64,000 bases of DNA from Steroidobacteraceae bacterium (GCA_035481795.1 DATHRI010000007.1:73939-137938), one strand, 5' to 3'; shown: positions 10,502 through 21,110, numbered from the stretch's first letter. Numbers and translations are program-made. Notes: generated by a model from the letters alone, not told the origin.

Positions 10502-11842
10502 TTAAGACAGGCGCCCCTTAAATGAACCCATCAGCCGCTGCAAGTGGCCGCCTTTCAGGCTCTTCATCATCCGCTGCATATCCTGAAACTGCTTCAGCAG
10601 CCGATTGACGTCCTGCACCTGCACCCCCGCGCCGCCCGCGATGCGCCGCCGCCGCGATCCGTCGATGACAGCGGGCTGGCGCCGCTCGCGCTGCGTCATG
10701 GAATTGATGATGGCGATCTGGCGGCGCACTTCCCGATCACCCTGGTCCGCCGACACCGCCCGGCGTCCGGCCGCCGCCGGCAACTTATCGAGGAGCGAGC
10801 CCATGCCACCGAGCTTCTGCACCTGCTCGAGCTGAGTCTTGAGGTCCGCAAGATCAAAGCCCTTGCCGCGCGCCACCTTTTGGGCGAGCCGCGTCGCCTC
10901 CTCGGTGCTCACCTCGCGCTGCACCTGCTCCACCAGGCTCACGACATCGCCCATGCCGAGGATGCGCGAGGCCATGCGCTCCGGATCAAAGGGCTCGAGG
11001 GCCTCGGTCTTCTCACCCACGCCAAGGAAGATGATGGGTTTGCCCGTGACCTCGCGCACCGACAGTGCGGCACCCCCGCGCGCATCGCCGTCGGCCTTGG
11101 TGAGCACGATACCGGTCAAATCCAGCGCCGCGGCGAAGGCGCGCGCGGCATGCAGGGCGTCCTGCCCGGCCATCGCATCGATGACGAAGAGGCGCTCGCT
11201 GGCACCCACAAGCGCATCGATCTGCCGCACCTCGGCCATCAGCGCCTCATCCACGTGCAGCCGTCCGGCGGTGTCGACGATGAGGATGTCGAAGACGCCG
11301 CGACGCGCCTCATCGAGGGCGGCGCGTGCAATCTCGGCAGGGGCATGCGCCGGCGGCGCGCGGAAGAACTGCGCACCCACCTGCCCGGCCAGGCGCTCGA
11401 GCTGCAGGATTGCCGCCGGTCGCGAGAGGTCGGTGCTCGTCAGCAGTACGCGCTTGCGCTCCCGCTCGATGAGCCAGCGCGCCAGCTTCGCCGCCGTCGT
11501 GGTCTTGCCCGCGCCCTGCAATCCCGCGAGCAGCACCACGATGGGCGGCTGCGCGCGCAGGCTGAAGCCGGCGCGCGCTCCGCCCATGAGCGCCACCATC
11601 TCGCGGTGCAGGATGCCGATGAAGGCCTGGCCGGGGGTGAGGCTGGCGCTCACTTCTGCACCGACGGCCTTCACCTTGACGGCATCAATGAAGGTCTTGA
11701 TGACCGGCAGCGCCACATCTGCCTCGAGCAGCGCCACGCGCACCTCGCGCAACGCCTCGGCGATGTTGTCCTCGGTGATGCGGCCGCGGCCGCGCAGCTT
11801 CTCGATGGTGCGCGTCAGCCGAGCCGAAAGGTTTTCGAACAT
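10502..11842 (-). CDS. ffh: Signal recognition particle protein Ffh
   Basis: MFENLSARLT start at 11842. SRP54 GTPase motifs (GLQGAGKTTT, DTAGR, TKADGD) and a Met-rich M domain. Confidence 0.96.
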   Translation of the reverse strand: MFENLSARLTRTIEKLRGRGRITEDNIAEALREVRVALLEADVALPVIKTFIDAVKVKAVGAEVSASLTPGQAFIGILHREMVALMGGARAGFSLRAQPPIVVLLAGLQGAGKTTTAAKLARWLIERERKRVLLTSTDLSRPAAILQLERLAGQVGAQFFRAPPAHAPAEIARAALDEARRGVFDILIVDTAGRLHVDEALMAEVRQIDALVGASERLFVIDAMAGQDALHAARAFAAALDLTGIVLTKADGDARGGAALSVREVTGKPIIFLGVGEKTEALEPFDPERMASRILGMGDVVSLVEQVQREVSTEEATRLAQKVARGKGFDLADLKTQLEQVQKLGGMGSLLDKLPAAAGRRAVSADQGDREVRRQIAIINSMTQRERRQPAVIDGSRRRRIAGGAGVQVQDVNRLLKQFQDMQRMMKSLKGGHLQRLMGSFKGRLS

Positions 11843-11942
11843 GCGAGCAATTATATCCGTAGCGGCAGCCCTTTCGGGCCACGAGGATGCGTGCAATGCG
11901 CGAGAATATCCGTCGCCGCAGCCACCTCCCGGGGGTCTTGCC

Positions 11943-13208
11943 TTGAACGGTTCTCCGACGCTGAATCTACTTCTCGGCCTCGCGGCCCTGCTCCTCGTCA
12001 TCGCCTTCTCCTCGGGCACCGAGGTCGCGATGCTGTCCGTCAACCGCTACCGCATCCGACACCGCGCCCACACCGGTCAGGGCACCGCCAAGCTCCTCGA
12101 CCGGCTGCTGCAAAAGCCCGACGATTGGCTGGGAGCGAATCTGGTCATCCTGGCGGCGGCAAGCGTATTCGCCTCCTCGATCGCGACACTGCTCGCCCAG
12201 AGGAGCGGCAATGCCTACGCCGTCCCGGCGACGAGCGCCGCGCTCACCGTCATCGTGATCGTCTTCTGCGAGCTTGCGCCGAAGATCTACGCAGCGACGC
12301 ATCCGGAGTGGGTGGCCCTGCGCTCCGCGCACATCTACCGCGCGCTCGTGCTACTCGCACGGCCGCTCCTGTGGATCACCAATCAGCTCGCGTACGGCCT
12401 GCTGCGCGTGTTCGGCGTCGTCAAGGCGTCGCGCAGCAGCCAGAATTTGAGTACGGAAGAATTGCGGACCGTAGTCGCGGAAGCCGGACCGATGATCCCG
12501 GCGCGGCATCGGCAGATGCTGCTCTCGATCCTGGATCTGGGGCAGCTCACGGTGAACGACATCATGGTGCCGCGCCAGGAGATCGCGGGCATCGACGTGC
12601 AGGACAGCTGGGAAGACCTGCTCGACCAGCTGCGCCAGACGCCGCACACCCGGCTCCCCGTGTACGACGGCGAGCTCGACAACATCGTCGGCATCCTGCA
12701 CATGAAGCGCGTTGCCCAGGAACTCGCCCGCGGCACACTGACGCGCGAGCGGCTCGTGGAGATCGCCCGCAACCGCGAGCCGTATTTCGTGCCCGAGGGC
12801 ACCTCGCTCGCCGTGCAGCTCACGCACTTTCAACGCAACCGGCGCCGCCTTGCCTTTGTCGTCAACGAGTACGGCGACATCGAGGGCTTCGTGACGCTGG
12901 AAGACATTCTCGAGGAGATCGTCGGCGAGTTCACCACCGACCCTGCGACCGTCATTCACAAAGACATTCACGTGGAGCGCGCGGGTGTGTTCATCATCAA
13001 TGCCAGCGCCACGGTGCGCGCTCTCAACCGTGCGCTGCAATGGCAGCTGCCGACCAGCGGGCCGAAGACCGTGAACGGGCTTCTCCTCGAGCAGCTCGAG
13101 ACGATCCCCGATCCGGGAACCGCGCTCAAAGTGGGCCGCTATCAGTTCGAGGTTCTGCAGATCGCGGACAATGCGATCAAGACCGTGCGTGTGTTTGCCC
13201 CGGACTGA
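11943..13208 (+). CDS. HlyC/CorC family transporter (DUF21 - CBS pair - CorC_HlyC)
   Basis: Collinear with E. coli YfjD-type proteins (FSSGTEVAMLSVNRYR, VNEYGDIEGFVTLEDILEEIVGEF). Start proposed at in-frame TTG 11943. An in-frame ATG at 11841 would add 34 aa. Confidence 0.85.
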   Translation: MNGSPTLNLLLGLAALLLVIAFSSGTEVAMLSVNRYRIRHRAHTGQGTAKLLDRLLQKPDDWLGANLVILAAASVFASSIATLLAQRSGNAYAVPATSAALTVIVIVFCELAPKIYAATHPEWVALRSAHIYRALVLLARPLLWITNQLAYGLLRVFGVVKASRSSQNLSTEELRTVVAEAGPMIPARHRQMLLSILDLGQLTVNDIMVPRQEIAGIDVQDSWEDLLDQLRQTPHTRLPVYDGELDNIVGILHMKRVAQELARGTLTRERLVEIARNREPYFVPEGTSLAVQLTHFQRNRRRLAFVVNEYGDIEGFVTLEDILEEIVGEFTTDPATVIHKDIHVERAGVFIINASATVRALNRALQWQLPTSGPKTVNGLLLEQLETIPDPGTALKVGRYQFEVLQIADNAIKTVRVFAPD

Positions 13209-14619
13209 GGCTCTGCGGGTCCGCGCGCAACGCAAAGGCCGCGGCCAGCGCCTCGCCGATCCGGCCCGCCACGTGCACTTCCAGCCCCGCAAGGGGTTTG
13301 CGCGGCGCGTTGTCGTGCGCCACCAGCGCCTGCGTGAACCCCTGCTTGTGCGCCTCGCGCAGGCGCTCCTCGCCGTACGCAACCGGCCGCAGCTCACCGG
13401 TGAGCCCGAGTTCACCAAAGGCGACGAGCGAGCGCGGCAGCGGCCGATCGTTCAGGCTCGACGCCAGCGCCAGCATCAGCGGCAGATCCCACGCCGTCTC
13501 CTCGATTTGGATACCGCCCACCACGTTGGCAAACACGTCGTGCTCCTGCAGCGACACGCCCGCATGGCGACTGAGGACGGCGAGCAGCATGGCCACTCGG
13601 TTGGCATCAAGCCCCTGCGCGACGCAGCGGGGCGCGCCAAACCGCATCCAATCGACGAGGCCCTGAAGCTCGATCAGCAGCGGCCGCCCGCCGTCGCGCG
13701 TCACGGTGACGATGCTGCCGGGTGATACCTGCGGCGCGCGCGCGAGAAAAATGGCGGCCGGGTTCTTCACCTCTTGCAATCCGGTCTCGCTCATGGCGAA
13801 GAAGCCCAGCTCATGCGCCGCACCGAAACGGTTCTTGGTTGCGCGCACCAGGCGATAGCGGCTGCCGGCCTCGCTTTCAAAGTACAGGACCGTGTCAACG
13901 AGATGCTCGAGCAGGCGCGGCCCGGCGATTGCGCCCTCCTTGGTCACGTGCCCGATGATGACGACGGCGGTGCCGCTCGCCTTGGCGAAGCGCACGAGTC
14001 GCGCGGTGCACTCGCGCAGCTGCGTCACGGCCCCGGCGAGCGCCGCGGACTCCCCGAGCTGCACGGTCTGGATCGAGTCGACGACGAGGAGCGCAACTCT
14101 CCCATCCACGGCGAGCGCGAGCACCTGTTCCAAATCGCTCTCATTCACAAGGGTAAGATCCCGCGCCATGAGGCCGAGGCGACGCGCGCGCATACCCACT
14201 TGGGCGACAGACTCCTCGCCGCTTGCGTACAGGACGGGGCGCGTCTGCGCGACATGCGCTGTCACCTGCAGCAGCAATGTCGACTTGCCGATGCCGGGGT
14301 CGCCTCCGAGGAGCACCACGGATCCGGCGACGAGACCGCCGCCCAAAACGCGATCGAGCTCATCCTGGCCCGTCATGAGGCGCGCGGCTGGCGCGTCCAG
14401 CGTCCCGGCGAGACTCTGCGGCGCCGCGGCGACCGCCCGCCCGGCGGCTGCGCTGGCGGGGCTCACGGTGCGCTTCTCGAGCGAGTTCCAGGCCGCGCAC
14501 TGCGGGCACTGGCCCTGCCACTTGAGGCTTTCGGCCCCGCAGGCGCTGCACGCGAAAACACTGGTGGCACGGACCATGGGCTGCGCTTTAGTGACGGGAG
14601 CGGTGCGCTCGTTGTTCAA
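13177..14619 (-). CDS. radA: DNA repair protein RadA
   Basis: Zn finger CSACGAESLKWQGQCPQC, Walker A GDPGIGKST, KNRFG motif and a Lon-like C-terminal domain. ATG 14577 is an alternative start. Confidence 0.94.
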   Translation of the reverse strand: MNNERTAPVTKAQPMVRATSVFACSACGAESLKWQGQCPQCAAWNSLEKRTVSPASAAAGRAVAAAPQSLAGTLDAPAARLMTGQDELDRVLGGGLVAGSVVLLGGDPGIGKSTLLLQVTAHVAQTRPVLYASGEESVAQVGMRARRLGLMARDLTLVNESDLEQVLALAVDGRVALLVVDSIQTVQLGESAALAGAVTQLRECTARLVRFAKASGTAVVIIGHVTKEGAIAGPRLLEHLVDTVLYFESEAGSRYRLVRATKNRFGAAHELGFFAMSETGLQEVKNPAAIFLARAPQVSPGSIVTVTRDGGRPLLIELQGLVDWMRFGAPRCVAQGLDANRVAMLLAVLSRHAGVSLQEHDVFANVVGGIQIEETAWDLPLMLALASSLNDRPLPRSLVAFGELGLTGELRPVAYGEERLREAHKQGFTQALVAHDNAPRKPLAGLEVHVAGRIGEALAAAFALRADPQSLSPGQTHARS

Positions 14620-14856
14620 CTTGGCTAGGATTCGCCGCGGGGAGACGCTGAATGACGGGTTTGTGACTAGCTGCTCGGACTACCTTGAAGGCAATGCTAG
14701 CTTATGCCGGCCCGAACTGGGGCGGGCAAGCGGGCGCGGGCCAACCGTTGTGTCGATGTCGATTACAGATTGCATGGGCGGGAATCCACGGGGCGCAGGT
14801 CGCAGGCTGACCCGCCCTGTGACGTGCTTCACACCGCCGTGGCGCCGAGGCATGGC

Positions 14857-15681
14857 ATGACCTTGAAAGGCAAGCTGCGCTGTGTCGGCGTGACCGACAC
14901 GGGCAAGGTGCGCGAGCACAACGAGGATACGATTGCCTTCGATGCGGATATCGGTCTGCTGGTGCTCGCCGACGGCATGGGCGGCTACAACGCCGGAGAG
15001 GTCGCGAGCGGCATCGCCGTCAAAACCATCCTGAATCTCGTGCGCGAGTCGGTTGACCGGCAGGATCTGCGCACCCTCGACCGCGAGTCGGGCATGTCGC
15101 GGCCCAGCATCATCCTGCGCGACGCCATTCACCGGGCGAACAAGATCATCTACCAGACCGCGCGCACCCAGCCCAACTGCGAGGGCATGGGCACCACCGT
15201 CGTATCGATGCTGTTCTTCGACAACCGCGCCTCGATCGCGCACGTCGGCGACTCGCGGCTGTATCGTCTCAGGAGCGACAAGTTCGAACAGGTGACGATG
15301 GATCACTCGCTGCTGCAGGAACTGGTCGATCGCGGCTTTTACTCCGCCGAGGAGGCGCAGCGCGCCGCCAACAAGAACTATGTCACCCGCGCGCTCGGCG
15401 TCGAGCCGAACGTGGATGTCGAAGTGCAGGAAGTACCGGTCCAAAAGGGCGATTTCTACGCACTCTGCTCGGACGGGCTTTCCGACATGGTGGAAGATGA
15501 TGACATTCACTTAACGCTCACCACCTTTGGTGCTAATCTAGATACGGTCGCTAAACAATTGATTCAACTGGCTAATGACAATGGTGGGCGGGATAACATC
15601 TCGGTCGTCATGGCAAACGTTTTAGATGCGTTCCCGGCGCGCCGGGGAATTGTCGACAAGATCCTGGGCTGGTTCGGCTGA
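14857..15681 (+). CDS. PP2C-family Ser/Thr protein phosphatase (Stp1-like)
   Basis: VTDTGKVREHNEDT, LADGMGG, GMGTT and DNISVV are PPM motifs. Start set to ATG 14857 (MTLKGK..). Confidence 0.88.
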   Translation: MTLKGKLRCVGVTDTGKVREHNEDTIAFDADIGLLVLADGMGGYNAGEVASGIAVKTILNLVRESVDRQDLRTLDRESGMSRPSIILRDAIHRANKIIYQTARTQPNCEGMGTTVVSMLFFDNRASIAHVGDSRLYRLRSDKFEQVTMDHSLLQELVDRGFYSAEEAQRAANKNYVTRALGVEPNVDVEVQEVPVQKGDFYALCSDGLSDMVEDDDIHLTLTTFGANLDTVAKQLIQLANDNGGRDNISVVMANVLDAFPARRGIVDKILGWFG

Positions 15682-15694
15682 CGCGAGGTCTCAC

Positions 15695-16408
15695 ATGGCA
15701 AGGTTGGTCTTAAGCCTGGATAGCCAGGTCATGGCTGAATACAACATGACCAAGGAGCGCTACACCATTGGGCGGCTTCCGGATAACGACGTGCGCATCG
15801 ACAATCCGGCGGTGAGCGGCCACCACTCGCTCATCATCAACATCCTCAATGACTCTTTTCTTGAGGATCTGAACAGCACCAACGGCACCTACGTCAACGG
15901 CAAGCTCATTAAAAAGCATGCCCTGCAGCACGGCGACGTGGTCACCGTCGGGCACCACCAACTGCGCTTTGTGGAAGACGACGAGCAGCAGGATGAATTC
16001 GAGAAGACGATGGTGATCCAGCCCTCGGCGCGACCCGTTGAACGGCTGCGCACCGCCGCCGAGGCGGCCGACCACGCCTCGCCGGGAGTCTCCGCGACCG
16101 CCAAGGCGCGGGCGCTTGCCGACGGCGCGAGCCTGGTAAAGAACGCCAAGCTGCAGGTGCTCTCCGGTGCCTTCGCCGGTCGGGAATTGGAGCTCAACAA
16201 AGCGCTCACGACGCTCGGCCGACCCGGCGTGCAGGTGGCCGCCATCACGCGCCGCGCGGATGGCTACTTCATCGTGCACGTCGACAGCGGCAAGGAGAGC
16301 GACTTCCCGCTGGTCAACGGCTCCGCCATCGGCGCACAGGCCACGCGCCTCGCCGACAACGACGTCATTCAGCTCGCCGGCGTCAAGATGGGGTTCTTCG
16401 AAAGCTAG
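15695..16408 (+). CDS. FHA domain-containing protein (two FHA-like domains)
   Basis: N-terminal FHA (YTIGRLPDNDVRIDNPAVSGHHSLI...STNGTYVNG). The C-terminal half again has FHA-like features (LTTLGRPG...VNGSAI). Start ATG 15695, 14 nt after the PP2C stop. Confidence 0.85.
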   Translation: MARLVLSLDSQVMAEYNMTKERYTIGRLPDNDVRIDNPAVSGHHSLIINILNDSFLEDLNSTNGTYVNGKLIKKHALQHGDVVTVGHHQLRFVEDDEQQDEFEKTMVIQPSARPVERLRTAAEAADHASPGVSATAKARALADGASLVKNAKLQVLSGAFAGRELELNKALTTLGRPGVQVAAITRRADGYFIVHVDSGKESDFPLVNGSAIGAQATRLADNDVIQLAGVKMGFFES

Positions 16409-16475
16409 CGCGATTGAGATTCGCGCCCAAGGCGCCACCCGAACCTGCAGCCGCTCGCTGCAGAGCGGCGAGTGG

Positions 16476-17552
16476 TCAGCGGAATTCCCGTGGCACACGC
16501 TGCCTGACGCCGCAGAGCAGCTCATAGGGAATCGTGCCGGCATGCACTGAAACTTCCTCCACGCGAAGGCCCGCGCCCCACAATACCCCGCGAGAGCCCA
16601 CGTGCACGTCCGCGACCTCGTCGATATTGACGGCAATCATGTCCATCGAAACATGCCCGACGAGCGCAGCGCGCCGCCCGTCGATGAGTACCGGCGCACC
16701 ATTGGCAAGGCTGCGCGGCAGGCAGTCGCCGTAGCCGCCCGCAAGTATGGCAATGGTCGTGTCGCGCTCGGCGCGCCAGGCCGCGCCGTAGCCTACTCCC
16801 TCGCCGCGCGCTACGCGCCGCGTGGCAAGGACCGTAGTCTCGAGCGTCATGACCGGCTGCAAGCTAAATCGTGCGCCGCTGTCCTGCGCAAAGGGTGATA
16901 CGCCGTAGAGCGCAATTCCGGGGCGGATCCAGTCGCCGTGCGCATCCGGCCACCCGAGAATTCCGGCCGAGTTGCCCATGCTCGTGGCAAATGTCATCCC
17001 GCGCGTCAGCGCCTTGAAGCGCGCAACTTGCGCCGCGGTGGCGCCGTCTTCCAGCTCATCCGCGCGCGCCAGGTGCGTCAGAAGGCGTATCTCACGGGGC
17101 AGCCTCGGCAGCCGCTGCAGCCGTTCGAGTGCCGCGGGAAAGTCTTCGCTGCGAAACCCCAGGCGATTCATGCCGGTATCGATCTTGAGCCACAGCACGA
17201 ACTGATGCGCGGCCCGCGACTCTTCCAACAGCTCGATCTGGCGTGCGTCGTGCACGACGAGATCGAGCCCATGATGCGCGGCCTCTGCCAACTCCTCGCG
17301 CGCGAACACGCCTTCAAGCAGCACGATCGGCTGCACGATGCCCGCCGTGCGCAGCTGAATACCCTCATCGAGCCGCGCTACGCCGAAGGCATCTGCCTCA
17401 TTGAGGGCAAGCGCGGTCTGCGTCAGCCCGTGCCCATAGGCATTCGCCTTAACGACCGCGACTACGCGTGCCGCCGGTGCAAAACGGCGCAGCACCCGCA
17501 GGTTCGAGCGTAAGGCGTCGGTGTCGATGACGGCCCGGATGAGCCGGCTCAC
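16476..17552 (-). CDS. alr: Alanine racemase
   Basis: 358 aa. PLP-Lys motif VVKANAYGHG and a typical Alr C-terminus. Confidence 0.92.
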   Translation of the reverse strand: MSRLIRAVIDTDALRSNLRVLRRFAPAARVVAVVKANAYGHGLTQTALALNEADAFGVARLDEGIQLRTAGIVQPIVLLEGVFAREELAEAAHHGLDLVVHDARQIELLEESRAAHQFVLWLKIDTGMNRLGFRSEDFPAALERLQRLPRLPREIRLLTHLARADELEDGATAAQVARFKALTRGMTFATSMGNSAGILGWPDAHGDWIRPGIALYGVSPFAQDSGARFSLQPVMTLETTVLATRRVARGEGVGYGAAWRAERDTTIAILAGGYGDCLPRSLANGAPVLIDGRRAALVGHVSMDMIAVNIDEVADVHVGSRGVLWGAGLRVEEVSVHAGTIPYELLCGVRQRVPREFR

Positions 17553-18976
17553 TTCAATACGCCCTCGGCGTAGGAGTCGGGGCTGTAGCTGCGAAAGCGG
17601 CTGTATTCGCCTTGAAAGGTCAGCTGAAAATTCGCGGTGGCGCCGTTTCTGTGCTTGGCGAGATCAATTTCGGCGACGCCCTTCTTCGTCGTGTTCTTGT
17701 CGTACACCTCCTCGCGATAGATGAGGAGGATCATGTCGGCGTCCTGCTCGAGTGAGCCGCTCTCGCGCAGATCCGACATCACCGGGCGCTTGTGCTCGCG
17801 CTGCTCGACGCCACGGTTGAGCTGCGAGAGTGCGATGACGGGACAGGCAAGCTCCTTGGCGAGCGCCTTCAGGCCGCGGGAGATCTCCGCAATCTCGGTC
17901 GCACGATTCTCCTTCGTTCCGGGCACGTGCATGAGCTGCAGATAGTCGACGACGATGAGATGCAAGCCATGCTCGCGCTTGATGCGGCGCGCCCGCGCGC
18001 GCAGATCGGTCGGTGTCAGGGCTGGCGTCTCGTCAATAAAGATGCGCGCCTGGGACAACTGACCCGTGGCGCTTGTCAAACGCACCCAGTCTTCATCGGC
18101 GATGCGGCCGCTCCTGATGGCATTCAGCGGCACGTTGCCTACGGAGGACAACATGCGGGTCAGGAGCTGGTCGGAAGGCATTTCCATGCTGAAGACCACG
18201 ACCGAAGCTTGCGTCGTGCGGTCGAGCGCCGCGTTCTCCGCCATGTTGACGGCGAGCGTGGTCTTGCCCATCGACGGGCGGCCGGCAACGATCACGAGAT
18301 CCCCTGGACGCAGCCCGCCGGTCACCTTGTCAAAGTCGTGAAAGCCCGTCGCGAGCCCCCGCAGCGAGTCCGGATTGGCATGCCAGGAGTCGATCTGGTC
18401 AATGAGCGCCGGCAGTAGCGTCTTCGCCGACTGCGCGCCGTCGCGGCTCCTGGTGCCTTCCTCGGCGATCTCAAAGACGCGCTGCTCGGCGCGGTCGACG
18501 AGCTCGCTCGCCGTCAGTCCTTCATCGCTGAAGACCGAGGCGGCGATCTCGGTGCCCGCGCGAATGAGCTTGCGCAGCAGCGCGCGCTCGCGGACGATTT
18601 CGGCATACGCGCGCACGTTGGCGGCCGTGGGCGTATCGCGCACCAGAGTGCCGAGATAAGCGAGTCCGCCGACATCCTCCAAGAGGCCCGTGCGCTGCAG
18701 CTGCTCGGCGACTGTAACGGCATCGCAGGGCTGGCCGGTGCCGGCGAGGCTGCCGATGGAGTCAAAGATCAGCCGATGGTCGGGGCGGTAGAAGTCGCCG
18801 CTGCGCACGACGTCGGCGACATTCTCCCAGGCCACCGGATCCAACAGCAGACCGCCGAGCAGTGCCTGCTCGGCTTCAACTGAGTGCGGGGGGGTGCGAA
18901 GCTCCTCAAGCGTTCCGGATTCGCGACGCGCATTGGCGGGAACGGCCACTGCAATCTCGCGCGCGCTGCGGAGCAA
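17549..18976 (-). CDS. dnaB: Replicative DNA helicase DnaB
   Basis: PPHSVEAEQALLGGLL, Walker A AGRPSMGKTT, RecA-like C-terminal domain. Confidence 0.96.
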   Translation of the reverse strand: MLRSAREIAVAVPANARRESGTLEELRTPPHSVEAEQALLGGLLLDPVAWENVADVVRSGDFYRPDHRLIFDSIGSLAGTGQPCDAVTVAEQLQRTGLLEDVGGLAYLGTLVRDTPTAANVRAYAEIVRERALLRKLIRAGTEIAASVFSDEGLTASELVDRAEQRVFEIAEEGTRSRDGAQSAKTLLPALIDQIDSWHANPDSLRGLATGFHDFDKVTGGLRPGDLVIVAGRPSMGKTTLAVNMAENAALDRTTQASVVVFSMEMPSDQLLTRMLSSVGNVPLNAIRSGRIADEDWVRLTSATGQLSQARIFIDETPALTPTDLRARARRIKREHGLHLIVVDYLQLMHVPGTKENRATEIAEISRGLKALAKELACPVIALSQLNRGVEQREHKRPVMSDLRESGSLEQDADMILLIYREEVYDKNTTKKGVAEIDLAKHRNGATANFQLTFQGEYSRFRSYSPDSYAEGVLK

Positions 18977-18985
18977 GCCTTGCGG

Positions 18986-19435
18986 CTACTCCTCCGCAAC
19001 GATGACGACGGTGACCGGCGCGTCGACGTCGGCGTGCAGGTGCACGTGCACAACATGTTCACCCAGCATGCGCAGCGGCCCGCCCGGCAGGCGCACCTCG
19101 CTGCGGGCGATCGCCATGCCCGCGCGGGTGGCGGCTTCGGCGATGTCCGCCGTGCCGATGGAACCGAAGAGCTTGCCCTCGGTGCCGGCCTTGGCCGCAA
19201 TGGTGAGTCGATAATCCGTAAGCGCCGCGGCCCGCTCGCTTGCCGAGTGCAGTTCCTCGCCGGCAATCTTTTCAAGCTCCGCGCGCCGCAGCTCAAACTT
19301 TTCGATATTGGCGGCGGTGGCAAGCGTCGCCTTGCCCTGCGGCAGCAGAAAATTACGGCCAAAGCCGGATTTGACCTTCACCCGATCGCCGATGTTGCCG
19401 AGATTGGCGACCTTCTGCAGCAGGATGAGTTCCAT
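18986..19435 (-). CDS. rplI: 50S ribosomal protein L9
   Basis: [36 protein letters not shown] is a canonical L9 N-terminus. Confidence 0.96.
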   Translation of the reverse strand: MELILLQKVANLGNIGDRVKVKSGFGRNFLLPQGKATLATAANIEKFELRRAELEKIAGEELHSASERAAALTDYRLTIAAKAGTEGKLFGSIGTADIAEAATRAGMAIARSEVRLPGGPLRMLGEHVVHVHLHADVDAPVTVVIVAEE

Positions 19436-19446
19436 GCTTCAGCCCG

Positions 19447-19686
19447 TCAGTGCTGATCGGTGTACGGCAGCAGCGCGAGGAAGCGCGCGCGCTTGATCGC
19501 GACGGCGAGCTGCCGCTGGTAGAAGGACTTCGTCCCCGTGATGCGGCTCGGCACAATCTTGCCGGTCTCGGTGACGTAGCCCTTCAAGGTCGCGAGGTCC
19601 TTGTAATCAATCGACTTCACGCCCTCGGCGGTGAAGCGGCAGAATTTCTTGCGCCGCGAAAAGCGGCTTGGGGTGCTGGTTTTCAT
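19447..19686 (-). CDS. rpsR: 30S ribosomal protein S18
   Basis: 79 aa. [16 protein letters not shown]...ITGT...[12 protein letters not shown] is canonical S18. Confidence 0.96.
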   Translation of the reverse strand: MKTSTPSRFSRRKKFCRFTAEGVKSIDYKDLATLKGYVTETGKIVPSRITGTKSFYQRQLAVAIKRARFLALLPYTDQH

Positions 19687-20171
19687 GATCGGGTGAACGT
19701 AGCTGGGCGCTCATCGGCTGCGCCGCCGTCTTCGGCCTCGACCGCCGCGGGCTCATCGCGCAGGCGGTCGCGCCGCCTGCCGCCGCCGTCCTCGTCATCC
19801 GCGCCGAGTCCCTCATCGCGCGGACGGTCGCGCCGGCCACCGGCTTCCTCTTCCTCGGCCTTCGCCATGTGGGAGGGCTCAATAATCGCCGCATCGACGC
19901 TGGTGACGAGATGCCGCAGCACGGCGTCGCTGAAACGAAACGCGCCCGTCAGTTCATCAACGATTTTCTGGTCGCACTCGATGTTCATCAGAACGTAGTG
20001 CGCTTTGTGCACCTTGGCGATCGGATAGGCAAGCTGGCGCCGCCCCCAGTCTTCCAGGCGATGCACGTGTCCATTGCCGGCTGCGATCATCCCCTTGTAG
20101 CGGTCGATCATCGCCGGAACCTGCTCGCTCTGGTCGGGGTGCACCAGAAACACGATTTCATAATGCCTCAT
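19683..20171 (-). CDS. rpsF: 30S ribosomal protein S6 with a long charged C-terminal tail
   Basis: [18 protein letters not shown] is canonical S6. The last ~60 aa are D/E/R/G-rich. Its stop overlaps the rpsR start by 4 nt, with no priB between them. Confidence 0.95.
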   Translation of the reverse strand: MRHYEIVFLVHPDQSEQVPAMIDRYKGMIAAGNGHVHRLEDWGRRQLAYPIAKVHKAHYVLMNIECDQKIVDELTGAFRFSDAVLRHLVTSVDAAIIEPSHMAKAEEEEAGGRRDRPRDEGLGADDEDGGGRRRDRLRDEPAAVEAEDGGAADERPATFTRS

Positions 20172-20318
20172 GGATCTACCTTATGGTTTAGCAGCCGCTT
20201 GTCCGCGAGGATGCGTCAATGCAGCAAGGAGATCTCGGCCTTGGGGCCCGTGCCCACCGCCGTGCCCCTGCGGATCAGGGGCCGCGCAGAATACTGAAAA
20301 GCCCTGCGAACCGCAATA

Positions 20319-21110
20319 TTAAGGTGTCGGGTATGCCGGCGCGGCGCGGCCAGGCGCAGTCTCGACCGAGCTCGCGCCGCGCTGGCGCACGGCCTCGTAG
20401 AGAAGCATCCCGGCCGCCACCGACACATTCAGGCTCTCGACCGCCCCGAGCTGCGGCAGGCGCACCAAATAGTCGCAGTTCGCGCGCGTCAGCCGGCGCA
20501 ATCCGCCCCCCTCGCCGCCGAGGACAAGCACTGTGCCCGCGGTGAGATCCACATCCTGGGCACGCGCCTGTGCCTGCAAGTCGGCGCCGACAATCCAGAG
20601 TCCGGCATGCTTCAAGAGCGCAAGGCAGCGCACGAGGTTGGTAACGGTAACCACCGGCGTCGTCTCGGCGGCCCCGGCGGCAACCTTCTTTACCGCCGCA
20701 GTCAGCTGCGCGGCGCGATCCTTCGGGACGACGAGCGCGAGCGCGGCGCAAGCGTCCGCGGTGCGCAGGCACGCTCCCAAGTTATGCGGGTCCTGCACGC
20801 CGTCAAGCGCCAGCACCAGCGGGCGGATCGCGCCGCCGAGTGCCGCCAGGAGATCGTCCTCGCTCCACGGCGCAAGGCCGGCGATCTCGGCCATCACGCC
20901 CTGATGCACGGCGTCCCGCAGCGACTCAAACTCGCGCGGCTGTACGCGCTCGGCCGCAAGGCCGTGGCGGCTCGCAAGCTCAACGAGCTCGCGGATGCGC
21001 GGATCGTCGCGCCCGGCGGCAAGCCGCAGGCGCAAGACGCGCTCCGGGCGCCGCAACAGGAGCGCGCGCACGGCGTGCACACCATAGACCGTCTCGACGC
21101 CTGGCTTCAC
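20319..21110 (-). CDS. rlmB: 23S rRNA (guanosine2251-2'-O)-methyltransferase RlmB
   Basis: SpoU/TrmH-type methylase (LDGVQDPHNLGA, LGGEGGGLRRLT, VESLNVSVA) directly downstream of rnr. Confidence 0.9.
   Translation of the reverse strand: MKPGVETVYGVHAVRALLLRRPERVLRLRLAAGRDDPRIRELVELASRHGLAAERVQPREFESLRDAVHQGVMAEIAGLAPWSEDDLLAALGGAIRPLVLALDGVQDPHNLGACLRTADACAALALVVPKDRAAQLTAAVKKVAAGAAETTPVVTVTNLVRCLALLKHAGLWIVGADLQAQARAQDVDLTAGTVLVLGGEGGGLRRLTRANCDYLVRLPQLGAVESLNVSVAAGMLLYEAVRQRGASSVETAPGRAAPAYPTP

Noticed and set aside
10544-13666. Very long ORFs antisense to, or out of frame with, real genes. Examples: 10544-13666 (+, 1040 aa), 1890-3212 (+), 14680-15510 (-), 15710-16636 (-), 31969-33105 (+), 45927-46745 (+), 58282-59142 (-).
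   Set aside because: Arg/Ala/Gly/Pro-rich, low-complexity translations on the opposite strand of strongly conserved genes. This is the usual stop-codon-poor artefact of GC-rich DNA.
19683-20171. No priB between rpsF and rpsR, and a long acidic/basic tail on S6.
   Set aside because: Many proteobacterial lineages lack priB at this position, and S6 C-terminal tails vary widely. This is lineage-typical, not novel.
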